NCBI GenBank assembly: GCA_038231135.1
Contig: JBBRLX010000012.1
Location: forward strand, 45,944-109,943
Origin: Candidatus Eiseniibacteriota bacterium
GTDB taxonomy: Bacteria > Eisenbacteria > RBG-16-71-46
DNA: 64,000 nt
Direction of reading: 5' to 3'
Below are positions 18,409 through 28,231 of this stretch, in pieces. The first letter of the stretch is position 1. Each line of letters starts with the position of its first letter. The notes beneath the pieces were generated by a model, which ran no database searches, was not told the origin of the DNA, and saw only the letters and a program-made list of their open reading frames with translations. The translations under genes were made by a program, and so were the position numbers.

Positions 18409-21144
18409 CTACTCCGCTGCCCGCGCCGCCAACCGCTTGAGCGCCTCGTCCATCCGGATCCCCTCGCCGAGGACGGCGGTCAGGGGATCGTCCATTCCGG
18501 CGAAGCGCTCGAGCACGGTGCGGATATTGAATCGCGCGGGCACGAGCCCCGGTGCGACCTCGTCCCACAGCAGCGGGCACGACACGGTCGCCCCGGGCAG
18601 CGCGCGCACGCAGAACGGCGACACGATCGACTGGCCGTGGCCGTTCTGGCCGAAGTCGACGTACACCTTGCCGCCGCGGCCCTGGATGTGGCGCACGATG
18701 GTCGAGATCTTCGGCAGCCGCTGCACCACCAGTGTGGCGATCAGCTTCGCGAACGCGCGTGAGTGCTCGTAGGAGTACCTGGCGCCGAGCGGGATCAGGA
18801 TGTGCAGGCCGCTCGCGCCCGATGTCTTCGGATGCCCCGGGATCTCGAGTTCGTCGAGGATGCCCTTGAGCGTGCGTGCCACCTCGATCACGTCCGCGAA
18901 CGGCGCGCCCTTGGGGTCGAGATCCAGGATCGACCAGTCGGGCCGATCGATCGCGCCGAGCCGCGAACTCCACATGTGAATCGGGATCGTGCCCAGGTTC
19001 GCGAGATAGCGCAGCGTGTCGGTGTCGTTCACGATGAAGAACCGGTTCGAGACGCTGCCGTCGCTCGATGGCACCATCTCGGTATGCACCCAGTCGGGCG
19101 TGAACACCGGCGCGTCCTTCTGGTAGAACGACTTCCCGGTGATGCCGTCGGGATAGCGCGTGAGGAACACCGGCCGGTCGCGCAGGTAGGTGAGGATGCG
19201 CGGCGCGATCGCCTCGTAGTAGCCGATCAGGTCGGACTTGGTATAGCCGTCGGCGGGCCAGAAGACCTTCTTCGGATTCGTGATCGGGACCCGCTCGGTG
19301 TGCGCCGGGCGCTCGCGGACCTTCGGCGCGGGAACCGCGGTATCAGCGTCGCCATCGTATGTGGCGTCCGTGGATCCGGCGCCGGACGTGGGGTCCGCGA
19401 CCGCCGCGTCCTCGCGCACCACGTCCTCGGGCTTGCGATCGTCGCGCAGCCCCATGAACGTCGGATGCCGCAGCCCGCCCTCGTGAGTCCACTCCGTATA
19501 GCGCACCTCGCACACCAGCCGCGGCTCGACCCAGTGATGTCCTTTGCCCTTGGGCGAGCGCCTCGCGAACGGCGATGCGTCGCGCGCCAGCGGCTCGAGC
19601 CGCTGCCAGAGCGCCTCGATGCCGCGCGCGTCGAAACCGGTGCCGACGGCGGTGACATACACGAGCTGGCGGACGGGCGCGGTTTCATACACACCCACGT
19701 GCAGCGCGCCGAACCGGCCGCGCGAACCCTGCGGGTCGGTCCAGCCGCCGATCACGAATTCCTGGCGGCGCTGGCACTTGAGCTTGATCCAGTCGCGGGA
19801 CCGCGCGCTCACGTACGGGCTCGCCGCCCGCTTCGCGACGATGCCCTCGAGCCGCATGGCGTCCGCCGCCGCGAAGAACTTGAGACCGTGCTTCGCGACG
19901 TGATCGCCATAGCGCACCGTGCCCAGCGTCGGCAGGATCGCGCGCAGGCAGTCCTTGCGATCCGTCAGCGCCAGCCGGCGCAGGTCGTGCCCGAACAGCG
20001 ACACGCAGTCGAAGAACATCGCCACCACCGGCGACGCGGCGCGCGCGCGCGCGATGTCGTGCTGATTCACAAGGTGCATGCGGTGCTGCAGCTGCTGGAA
20101 GCTGGGCTGGCCGGTCGCGTCGGGCGCCACGATCTCGCCGTCGAGCACGAACGCGTCGTACGGCAGGCCCTTCAGCGCCTCGACGACCTCCGGGTAGCGG
20201 CCCGTCACGTCGGTGCCGCTGCGCGCGAACAGCGTCACACGGGCCCCGGCGCGTTCGGCGATCACGCGCACGCCGTCGTACTTGATCTCGAAGATCCAGC
20301 CGTCGCGGTCGAACGGTTCCGTTTCGAGCGTGGCCAGCATTGGCGACAGCTTCTTCACGTCGATCGCCGCCACCGGCGCGCCGAGCGCCTCGACCCGTGT
20401 ACGGACCTTCGCCACGTGGCCGGGCAGATCCGCCATCTCCTCCACGGTGACCCCGGTCACCACCGATTGCGGATAGCGGTCGACCAGCTCCACGTCCGAC
20501 GCGCCCGCGCCGGCCTTCTTGAGCAACAGCCACTCCTTGTCCTTATTGCCCATGCGGACGAGCGTCCAGCGGCCGCGCAGCTTGGTGCCGAACAGCTCCA
20601 GCTCGAGCTTGCCGCGTTGATATTGTTCGAGCAGTGGCTCGGGTTTGAACGACCGGTACCAGCCGCGATCCCAGATGATCACGCTGCCCGCTCCGTAATT
20701 GCCGGCGGGGATCGTGCCTTCGAAGCTGCCGTATTCCAGTGGATGGTCCTCGACGTGCACCGCGAGGCGTTTCTCCTCGACATGGGTCGACGGCCCCTTC
20801 GGCACCGCCCAGCTCTTGAGCGTGCCATCGAGCTCGAGCCGCAGGTCGTAGTGGAGGTGCGTGGCGGCGTGCTTGTGGACGAGGAACGTCAGCCGTCCGG
20901 CGTGGCGCTGGCCGGGAGCGGCGGCGGATTCGCCGCCGAACGGCTCGGGAGTGCTGCCGGGATCGCGCTTGAGCCGGTACGCTTCGAGGTTGGAAGTCAC
21001 TGTGGAATCGTCAACTGATTCCACTGGCGGTTTGGCCCGTTTCGCCGGCGCGCGCTTGCCGGCCGCCGGAACACGATCCGGCACCGGTCCTGCCCCCGGC
21101 CGGGCTTTGGGTTCGGTGTCCGCCTTCGGTTTGCGTGCGCCCAT
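18409..21144 (-). CDS. ligD: NHEJ DNA ligase D (phosphoesterase-ligase-polymerase order)
   Basis: PE domain HAATHLHYDLRLELDGTLKSWAVPKGPS; ligase FEIKYDGVR, LDGEIV, LEGIVAKR, DWIKLK; POL domain RYPDGI, LDLDP, KTSGASGLHI. GGAG RBS before ATG 21144. Confidence 0.96.
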   Translation of the reverse strand: MGARKPKADTEPKARPGAGPVPDRVPAAGKRAPAKRAKPPVESVDDSTVTSNLEAYRLKRDPGSTPEPFGGESAAAPGQRHAGRLTFLVHKHAATHLHYDLRLELDGTLKSWAVPKGPSTHVEEKRLAVHVEDHPLEYGSFEGTIPAGNYGAGSVIIWDRGWYRSFKPEPLLEQYQRGKLELELFGTKLRGRWTLVRMGNKDKEWLLLKKAGAGASDVELVDRYPQSVVTGVTVEEMADLPGHVAKVRTRVEALGAPVAAIDVKKLSPMLATLETEPFDRDGWIFEIKYDGVRVIAERAGARVTLFARSGTDVTGRYPEVVEALKGLPYDAFVLDGEIVAPDATGQPSFQQLQHRMHLVNQHDIARARAASPVVAMFFDCVSLFGHDLRRLALTDRKDCLRAILPTLGTVRYGDHVAKHGLKFFAAADAMRLEGIVAKRAASPYVSARSRDWIKLKCQRRQEFVIGGWTDPQGSRGRFGALHVGVYETAPVRQLVYVTAVGTGFDARGIEALWQRLEPLARDASPFARRSPKGKGHHWVEPRLVCEVRYTEWTHEGGLRHPTFMGLRDDRKPEDVVREDAAVADPTSGAGSTDATYDGDADTAVPAPKVRERPAHTERVPITNPKKVFWPADGYTKSDLIGYYEAIAPRILTYLRDRPVFLTRYPDGITGKSFYQKDAPVFTPDWVHTEMVPSSDGSVSNRFFIVNDTDTLRYLANLGTIPIHMWSSRLGAIDRPDWSILDLDPKGAPFADVIEVARTLKGILDELEIPGHPKTSGASGLHILIPLGARYSYEHSRAFAKLIATLVVQRLPKISTIVRHIQGRGGKVYVDFGQNGHGQSIVSPFCVRALPGATVSCPLLWDEVAPGLVPARFNIRTVLERFAGMDDPLTAVLGEGIRMDEALKRLAARAAE

Positions 21145-21269
21145 GGTGCTCCCTGACAACGGGGTGACGGCCCCGGCCCGCAACACGTTTCGCGCCATAG
21201 GCTAGCACGCGGCGGGCGTGGGGCGTGTGATAGGCTCATGCCTCGTTCGGCCACCTGGAGGATTCACCA

Positions 21270-22142
21270 ATGCCGCCTCATTCCATGGGCTCGGGCACGA
21301 TCTCGTTCGGGCTCGTATCGATTCCGGTGCGCATGTATACGGCCGCCAGCGGCACCGGCGTGTCGTTCAACCTGCTCCACGAGAAGTGCGGCAGCCGGAT
21401 CAAGCAGCAGCAAACCTGCCCGGTGTGCAACGAGGTCGTCGATCGCACCCATCTGGTCAAGGGCTTCGAATTCGCCAAGGACCAGTACGTGCGGTTCACG
21501 GAGGAAGAGCTGAAGCAGCTCGAGCAGGAGAACTCGAAGCTGATCGAGATCGAGGAATTCGTCCCGCTCGACAAGGTCGATCCGATCTACTTCGAGAAGA
21601 CCTATTACCTGGGCCCGGACAGCGGTGGCGAGAAGCCGTACCGCCTGCTCACCGACGCCATGAGCAAGACGAATCGCGTCGCGCTCGCGAAGTTCGTGAT
21701 GCGCGGCAAGGAGAACCTGGTGCTGATCCGCGCGGCGCAGGGCGGCCTGATGCTGCACGGCATGTATTTCGCCGACGAGGTGCGCGACTTCAGCGAGGTC
21801 GACAAGGGTGAATCGGCCAAGCTCAAGGCCGGCGAGCTGGAGCTGGCGGAACGGCTGATCAAGGAACTCGCGAACGACAAGTTCCAGCCCGAGAAGTATC
21901 ATGACGAGTATCGCGGGAAGGTGCTCGAGGTCGTGAACATGAAGGTCGAGGGCAAGGAGATCACCACCGCCGCGCCGCAGTCCGAGCGCGCGCAGGTGAT
22001 CGACCTGATGGACGCGCTGAAGCAAAGTCTCGAGGAACGCGGCGCGAGCGACAAGGGCACGAAACCCGCGCGCAAGCCGGCCGCCAAGGCCACGCGCGTG
22101 GTGGAAGCGGCGCCGAAGAAGAAGACCGCATCGAAGCGGTGA
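21270..22142 (+). CDS. ku: NHEJ Ku protein
   Basis: GTISFGLVSIPVRMY, VKGFEF, IDLMDALKQSL, basic C-tail; H-x2-C...C-x2-C bridge; GGAGG RBS. Confidence 0.96.
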   Translation: MPPHSMGSGTISFGLVSIPVRMYTAASGTGVSFNLLHEKCGSRIKQQQTCPVCNEVVDRTHLVKGFEFAKDQYVRFTEEELKQLEQENSKLIEIEEFVPLDKVDPIYFEKTYYLGPDSGGEKPYRLLTDAMSKTNRVALAKFVMRGKENLVLIRAAQGGLMLHGMYFADEVRDFSEVDKGESAKLKAGELELAERLIKELANDKFQPEKYHDEYRGKVLEVVNMKVEGKEITTAAPQSERAQVIDLMDALKQSLEERGASDKGTKPARKPAAKATRVVEAAPKKKTASKR

Positions 22143-22185
22143 TCGCAGGATGACACCCGCGAGCGCCGGCAAGGGAAGCAGGACC

Positions 22186-22920
22186 ATGGACGGAGACATC
22201 ACCAGCCGCCGCGCGGCCCGCAGGGTCGCGAACCGGCAGGCACGGGAACAGGCGGAGCGGGACGCGCGCCAGATGACGCTCGATTTCGCCGCGCCCGACG
22301 GCGCCGGGTTCCAGGACGACGCGGCCGGGATCGAAGTCGCGCGGCCGGCACGCGGCGCCAATGTGCTCGATGGCACCGGCGTGTTCGCGCGCGCTGCTGA
22401 AGAGCGCGCCCGGGCCGCCACGGCGCGCGCCCGGACGCACGGCGAGCCGGCCGGCGCGGCTGCGGTCGGCCGCCCGACCCCGGAGCTGCCCGACACCGGC
22501 ACCGCCGACCAGTGGTTCGAGATCGCCTGCGAGCTCGAAGCCGAATCGCCGGTCGAGGCGCGCCGCGCGTATCACCGGGCGCTCGAGCTGTTCCCGAAGA
22601 TGGCGGAGGCGCACATCAACCTCGGCCGCTCGTACCACGAGGCGAAGCAGTGGGACGAGGCGGAGGCGCATTACCGCACGGCTGCCGAATGCGATCCCGA
22701 AGATCCCATCGTGTGGTTCAACCTCGGCGTGCTGCTCGAAGACCGCGGCCGCTCGCACGAGGCGATCATCGCCTATCGCCACGCGATCCAGCGCGACTTA
22801 GGCTACGGCGATGCCCACTACAATCTCGGGCTGCTGCTCGACACGCTGGGCCGGCGCTCCGAAGCGATCACGCACCTGATGCGCGCCCGCGAGATCACCG
22901 GGAGCGACGCCCAGGGCTGA
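22186..22920 (+). CDS. Tetratricopeptide repeat protein
   Basis: TPR units AEAHINLGRSYH, VWFNLGVLLED, DAHYNLGLLLD; directly downstream of ku. Alternative start 22150. Confidence 0.85.
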   Translation: MDGDITSRRAARRVANRQAREQAERDARQMTLDFAAPDGAGFQDDAAGIEVARPARGANVLDGTGVFARAAEERARAATARARTHGEPAGAAAVGRPTPELPDTGTADQWFEIACELEAESPVEARRAYHRALELFPKMAEAHINLGRSYHEAKQWDEAEAHYRTAAECDPEDPIVWFNLGVLLEDRGRSHEAIIAYRHAIQRDLGYGDAHYNLGLLLDTLGRRSEAITHLMRAREITGSDAQG

Positions 22921-23003
22921 CCGGGGCGTCCGCCGCACCCTCCACTGAGTGGTGACCTCTCAGGGCGTTCGAGGCGTTGGAGGAGGGGTCAGTGCGATGT
23001 CGT

Positions 23004-24491
23004 CTATTCGGGTCTCAGTAGGAGAGATGGCGCCGACCCCTCCCCCCTGACCGCCGCCTTCGCGATGCCGCGCAGCATGCCGTCGAAGATCAGGCGGTGG
23101 AACGGGTAAACCAGGTACCAATAGAGCAATCCCCAGACACCGAGCGGGTCGAACATGGCCGTCTGGCGGATGGTGGCGCCGCCCGGGCGCGGGGACACTT
23201 CGAACTCGAGCCACGCGCGCCCCGGCAGCCGCATCTCCGCGCTCAGCCGCAGCAGGCGGCCCGGTTCATACGCCTCCACCCGCCAGAAATCCACCGCGAC
23301 ACCGGGCCGCAGGCGCGCGGCGCCCGGGTGGCCGCGCCGCATTCCCACGCCGCCGATCAGCAGGTCGGCGAAACCGCGCAATTGCCAGAGCGCGTTCCAC
23401 GCATACCATCCGCGGCGCCCGCCGATTGCCGCGATGGGTGCGAATGCCCGCTCGGGCGGCACGTTGATGTCGATCGATCGCGCGTCGAGCAGGCGATTCC
23501 CGAGCCGCACACCCGCCCAGTTCCGACGTGCGCTCGACGACGACACCGAGTCGTACCAGCTCGTCAGCGCGAACTCGCGATGTTCATTTCGCAGCGCGGC
23601 GGCGATTGCCTCGCGCATTCCCATGGGCCGTACCGGGAATTCGCGCCGCGCGGCGTCGTCCCGGACGATGCTTGGCGAGGTCATGCTGTCGATCAGCCGG
23701 CGGCCGGTGCGGGCATAGAGGGGCGTCACGAGGCCGAGCCACAGGCTCGACAGCCGCGGCGTCAGAAACGGCACCGCGATCATCAGGCGGCGCAGGCCGC
23801 GCTGGCGGGCGTATTCGAGCATCAACTCGCGGTACGATACGACGTCGGCGCCGCCTATCTCGAACACCCGGCTGGCGGTGAGCGGCAGATCGAGCGCCGC
23901 GAGCAGGTACTGGACGAGGTCGCCGATCGCAATCGGCTGCGCCTGCACGCGCACCCAGCGCGGCGTGATCATCGCGGGCAGCCGTTCGACCAGCGCGCGG
24001 ATCATCTCGAACGACAAGCTGCCCGATCCGATCACGATCGAGGCGCGCAACTCGATCGTCGGCACCCCCGAGCGCTGCAGGATGGCACCCACCTCGCGTC
24101 GGCTGCGCAGGTGAGGGGACAGCGCAACGTCGTTTCCGCCGAGGCCGCCGAGGTAGATGATGCGTTTCACGCCCGCGGCGACGGCGGCGCTCGCGAAGTT
24201 CTCTGCGCCCCGCTGCTCTTCGGCCTCGAAGTCGGCGCTCGAACCCAGCGCGTGGATCAGGTAGTACGCGGTATCCACGCCGGTGAAGGCACGCTTCAGC
24301 GACTCGAAATCGAGCACGTCGCCGGGCACGACTTCGACGCCGACGCCCTCGACATTCGGGACGAATGCGGGATTGCGAGCCAGGCAACGTACCCGCAGTC
24401 CGCGCGCGACCAGTGCCGGCAGCAGCCGGCCGCCGATGTAGCCCGTGGCGCCCGTGAGGAGCGCGACGCGCGTCGCGGCCGGAGTGCTCAC
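23004..24491 (-). CDS. Atypical SDR/NAD(P)-binding protein with C-terminal DUF2867 (YbjT-like)
   Basis: LTGATGYIGGRL, AYYLIH, SPHLRSR, QPIAIGD; C-terminal DFWRVEA, AEMRLPGRAWLEF, GLLYWY. Confidence 0.88.
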   Translation of the reverse strand: MSTPAATRVALLTGATGYIGGRLLPALVARGLRVRCLARNPAFVPNVEGVGVEVVPGDVLDFESLKRAFTGVDTAYYLIHALGSSADFEAEEQRGAENFASAAVAAGVKRIIYLGGLGGNDVALSPHLRSRREVGAILQRSGVPTIELRASIVIGSGSLSFEMIRALVERLPAMITPRWVRVQAQPIAIGDLVQYLLAALDLPLTASRVFEIGGADVVSYRELMLEYARQRGLRRLMIAVPFLTPRLSSLWLGLVTPLYARTGRRLIDSMTSPSIVRDDAARREFPVRPMGMREAIAAALRNEHREFALTSWYDSVSSSSARRNWAGVRLGNRLLDARSIDINVPPERAFAPIAAIGGRRGWYAWNALWQLRGFADLLIGGVGMRRGHPGAARLRPGVAVDFWRVEAYEPGRLLRLSAEMRLPGRAWLEFEVSPRPGGATIRQTAMFDPLGVWGLLYWYLVYPFHRLIFDGMLRGIAKAAVRGEGSAPSLLLRPE

Positions 24492-24721
24492 AAACGCCCC
24501 GGGCGGGGTCGAATCGAGCGTCGAGGGGTCGGCATCAGTGAAGTCCTGAAAGGAGAGTGAAACAGGAGGGTGCCCAGCGGTCCCTGCTTTGGATGATTCG
24601 AACCCGCGACAGGATCACTCCGGCTCGTCTCGTGATGGGCACGTTGGGTAGGCTAAGACATCGCGACGCCCGGAATCTCCGCGGCGCCGCCGCAGCAATC
24701 CCGCTCCCGGGGAGTCGTTCC

Positions 24722-25333
24722 ATGCCGATCCGCACCAAGACGCCGCCGGCGCCGAAAGCCGATCGCCGCGTTCGCTGCAGCTGGGCGCGCCCCACGAATC
24801 CGCTCTACGTCGCCTACCACGACACCGAATGGGGCGTGCCGTCGCGCGACGATCGCCATCTGTTCGAGATGTTGATCCTGGAAGGCGCGCAGGCGGGTTT
24901 GAGCTGGGAGACCATTCTCAATCGGCGCGAGTCGTACCGGCGCGCGTTCGCGGGCTTCGACCCACGGAAGGTGGCGAAGTTCGACGCGGCGAAGCGGCGG
25001 GCGCTGCTCGCCGATGCCGGCATCATCCGCAACCGGCTCAAGATCGACGCCGCGATCGGCAACGCCCAGGCGTTCCTCGAGGTTCAGCGGGAACATGGCA
25101 GCTTCGCGAATTGGCTGTGGGAATTCGTGGACGGCAAGCCGCTCCGCAACCGCCCGAAGGTTCTGCGCGACGTCCGACCCGAGACCGACGTATCGCGCGA
25201 GGTCTGCAAGCAGCTTCGCAAGCGCGGCTTCCGGTTCGTGGGACCGACGATCATCTACGCCTACATGCAGGCCGTGGGGCTGGTGAACGACCACGTGGTC
25301 GGCTGTTTCCGCGAGCGCCAGGTCGGGCGCTGA
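24722..25333 (+). CDS. tag: DNA-3-methyladenine glycosylase I
   Basis: [55 protein letters not shown]. Confidence 0.95.
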   Translation: MPIRTKTPPAPKADRRVRCSWARPTNPLYVAYHDTEWGVPSRDDRHLFEMLILEGAQAGLSWETILNRRESYRRAFAGFDPRKVAKFDAAKRRALLADAGIIRNRLKIDAAIGNAQAFLEVQREHGSFANWLWEFVDGKPLRNRPKVLRDVRPETDVSREVCKQLRKRGFRFVGPTIIYAYMQAVGLVNDHVVGCFRERQVGR

Positions 25334-25391
25334 CCGGGGTGACCGGCGGCGGGCTGCCTTCGGCCTGCCGTTACGGTACGATGCCACCACC

Positions 25392-26120
25392 ATGACCGCA
25401 CCCACTCCGCACATATCGGCTCAGCCCGGCGACTTCGCCGAGGCCGTATTGATGCCCGGCGACCCGTTGCGCGCCGAGCACATCGCGAACAAGTTCCTGA
25501 CCAAGCCCAGGCGTGTCACCGACGTCCGCAACATGTACGGCTACACCGGCGAGTTCCGCGGCAAGCGGGTATCGGTGATGGCGCACGGCATGGGCATCCC
25601 GTCGTGCTCGATCTACGCGACCGAACTGATCAAGGAGTACGGCGTCAAGACCTTGATCCGTGTCGGCAGTTGTGGCGCGCTCGCCGACGACGTGAAGCTG
25701 GGCGACGTGATCATCGCGCTCGGCGGCTCGACCGACTCCAAGGTCAACCGGATCCGGTTCATGGATCACGATTTTGCGGCGATCGCGGATTTCGATCTGG
25801 TCGCAGCGTCCGTGAAGGCCGCGGCCACCCACGGCACCCGGGTGCGCGTCGGCAACGTGTTTTCGTCGGATCTGTTCTACACGCCGCAGGAGGGCATCTT
25901 CGACAAGCTCGAAGCGATGGGCGTGCTGGCCGTGGAGATGGAGATCGCCGGGTTGTACGGCCTGGCCGCGGAGTTCGCGTCAAAGTACCACTGCCGCGCG
26001 CTTGGCATCCTCACCGTGTCCGACCACATCCGCCGCCACGAGAGCCTGTCCGCGGAACAACGCCGCAGCGGGTTCGACGCGATGGCGGAGATCGCACTGG
26101 AGACCGCGATCGCGGTGTGA
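25392..26120 (+). CDS. deoD: Purine-nucleoside phosphorylase (hexameric type)
   Basis: [49 protein letters not shown]. Confidence 0.96.
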   Translation: MTAPTPHISAQPGDFAEAVLMPGDPLRAEHIANKFLTKPRRVTDVRNMYGYTGEFRGKRVSVMAHGMGIPSCSIYATELIKEYGVKTLIRVGSCGALADDVKLGDVIIALGGSTDSKVNRIRFMDHDFAAIADFDLVAASVKAAATHGTRVRVGNVFSSDLFYTPQEGIFDKLEAMGVLAVEMEIAGLYGLAAEFASKYHCRALGILTVSDHIRRHESLSAEQRRSGFDAMAEIALETAIAV

Positions 26121-26162
26121 TCTTTGCGGTGCACCGCATCCGACCCGAGCAGCCAGGCAGGC

Positions 26163-26555
26163 ATGATTCGCACCAAGTCCGTGAAGTCGCCCATCGAGCC
26201 GGCCAGGGACGGACTGCGAGTGCTCGCCACCCGCTTCCGCGGGCGCGGATTGCCCAATTCGAGATTCGATGTATGGATGCCGAACCTGGGCCCGAGCGAG
26301 GATCTCCTGCGCAGTGTCCTCGACGGCGATGTGAGCTGGGCCGAGTTTCGGCGCCGCTATTCCCGCGAGCTGTTCGAGTCCGGCTCGATCGACGAGCGCA
26401 ACGCCACGATCAAGAACCACGGCCAGAAGTTCACGCTGCGGCTGCTGCAGGAACTGGCCGCGCGCGGCCCGGTGACGCTGCTGTGTCACTGCGACGAGGA
26501 CGAGCAGCACTGCCATAGGCACGTGCTGAAGGCGATTCTGGAGCGGAACGTGTAG
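26163..26555 (+). CDS. DUF488 family protein
   Basis: DGLRVLATR..RG, LGPSEDL, WAEFRRRY, VTLLC...HCHR. Confidence 0.8.
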   Translation: MIRTKSVKSPIEPARDGLRVLATRFRGRGLPNSRFDVWMPNLGPSEDLLRSVLDGDVSWAEFRRRYSRELFESGSIDERNATIKNHGQKFTLRLLQELAARGPVTLLCHCDEDEQHCHRHVLKAILERNV

Positions 26556-26576
26556 CTGATACGCGGCCGACCCCAC

Positions 26577-28154
26577 TCACTCCGCCCCGGCGATCGCCTC
26601 CAGAAACGCATCGCCATATCGCTCCAGCTTGACCGGCCCCACGCCCGAGATCTGCGCCATGTCATTGCGCGACTTCGGCGCGTGCGCGGCCATCGCGCGC
26701 AGCACGGTGTCGCTGAACACGATGTACGCGGGAACGCCTTCGGCGTCGGCCAGGCGCTTGCGCACCACGCGCAGCCGCTCGAACAGCTCGGGGTTCTCGA
26801 TCGCCATGTCGCGGCCGGCGCGCAGGCGCGGTCCGCCCGAGGCTTCGTGGGCGCCCACGTGCGCGACCAGGTCGGCGATCGTGGTGCCGCGGCACACGTC
26901 GCAGGAGCCGCCGCACGCCTCGATCTCCTCGTCGAAGCACCGCACCAGGCCCTGGTGCCGGCAGCCCCCGCGGTCGACCAGGCGGAACATGTCGACGGTC
27001 TTCTTCTTGGTCTCCTCGCGCACCTCGAAGTCGTCGATGTCGCGCAGGAACGCCTCGTAGCCGATCACGTCGGCCCACGAGTAGAGCAGTACGCAGTCGC
27101 TGTCGAGTCCGTCGCGGCCGGCGCGGCCGATCTCCTGGTACCAGGCCTCCACGCTCTTCGGCATGTCGCGATGGATCACGAACCGCACGTTGCTCTTGTC
27201 GATGCCCATGCCGAACGCGACGGTGGCGACGATCACGTCGACCTCGTCGCGCGCGAACGCGTCCTGGCTGCGGGTGCGCTCGGCATCGGGCAGGCCGGCG
27301 TGATAGGGCGCGGCCTTCACGCCGCGCTCGCCGAGGAACGTGGTGAGCGAATCCACGGCGCGGCGGCTCATGCAGTAGACGATGCCGCTCTCGCCCTTGT
27401 GCGTCCGGATGATGCCGAGGATGTCGCGCCGCGAATCGCGCTTGGCGGCGCCCTCGCCGCCCTTGCGGTGGGCGGTGATGTGCAGGTTGGGGCGGTAGAA
27501 CGAGCCTTTGAAGCCGTCGGGCTTCTGCATACCGAGCTGGCGGATGATGTCACCGACCACGCGGCGCGTGGCGGTGGCGGTTAACGCCAGCACCGGAATG
27601 TGGCCGCACTCGGACTTGAGGCCCTGGAGCCGCCGGTACGCGGGCCGGAAGTCGTGCCCCCAATGGCTGATGCAATGTGCTTCGTCCACCACCACGAGGC
27701 TGGGCCGGCAGTCGGCGATGATCGAGCGCAGCGAGCCCTCGAGGCCTTCGGGCGCCACGTACAGCAGCTCGATCTCGCCGCGGCGCAACGCGGCGAGCCG
27801 GCGCTTGCGCTCCTCGAAATCGATCGACGAGTTGAGCACCGTGGCCTTGAACCCGAGCCGCGTGAGCCCGTCGACCTGGTCCTTCATCAACGAGATCAAT
27901 GGCGAGATCACGAGCACCGGGCCCGACATCAGCTTGGCCGGGATCTGGAACGTGAGTGACTTGCCGGCGCCCGTGGGCATCACGCCGATGCAGTCGCGGC
28001 CCGCGAGCACGGCATCGATGATCCGGCGCTGTCCGGGGCGGAACTCCGGGTAGCCGAACACGGACTCGAGCACCTGCTGGGGGTCATCGAACTTGCGGTC
28101 GGCGAGGCTCGCGAACAGCGGCGTGTCGTTCAGCGCGGACAACGGTCCCTCCAT
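26577..28154 (-). CDS. recQ: RecQ family ATP-dependent DNA helicase (compact; Zn site + HRDC)
   Basis: MPTGAGKS, VDEAHCISHWGHDFRP, LTATAT, ATVAFGMGIDKSNVR, QEIGRAGRDG, CRH...CGGSCDVC, HRDC (VPAYIVFSD, GVGPVKLERYG). Confidence 0.95.
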   Translation of the reverse strand: MEGPLSALNDTPLFASLADRKFDDPQQVLESVFGYPEFRPGQRRIIDAVLAGRDCIGVMPTGAGKSLTFQIPAKLMSGPVLVISPLISLMKDQVDGLTRLGFKATVLNSSIDFEERKRRLAALRRGEIELLYVAPEGLEGSLRSIIADCRPSLVVVDEAHCISHWGHDFRPAYRRLQGLKSECGHIPVLALTATATRRVVGDIIRQLGMQKPDGFKGSFYRPNLHITAHRKGGEGAAKRDSRRDILGIIRTHKGESGIVYCMSRRAVDSLTTFLGERGVKAAPYHAGLPDAERTRSQDAFARDEVDVIVATVAFGMGIDKSNVRFVIHRDMPKSVEAWYQEIGRAGRDGLDSDCVLLYSWADVIGYEAFLRDIDDFEVREETKKKTVDMFRLVDRGGCRHQGLVRCFDEEIEACGGSCDVCRGTTIADLVAHVGAHEASGGPRLRAGRDMAIENPELFERLRVVRKRLADAEGVPAYIVFSDTVLRAMAAHAPKSRNDMAQISGVGPVKLERYGDAFLEAIAGAE

Positions 28155-28174
28155 GGACGGGGCGGCAAAGGAAG

Positions 28175-28203
28175 TGGCCCGCGCGAGGAGCTCGCACGGG
28201 CCA
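28175..28203 (-). terminator. Putative intrinsic terminator downstream of the metallopeptidase gene
   Basis: Minus-strand hairpin tggcccgtgcgag-ctc-ctcgcgcgggcca followed by cttcctttg. Confidence 0.45.
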
Positions 28204-28231
28204 TCATCCTATCGCAGCGGGCGGGCCGCGC

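Noticed and set aside
24595..24610. tRNA-like T-loop on the minus strand (gtcgcgggttcgaatc)
   Set aside because: The T-stem does not close, and there is no acceptor, D or anticodon arm or nearby integrase.
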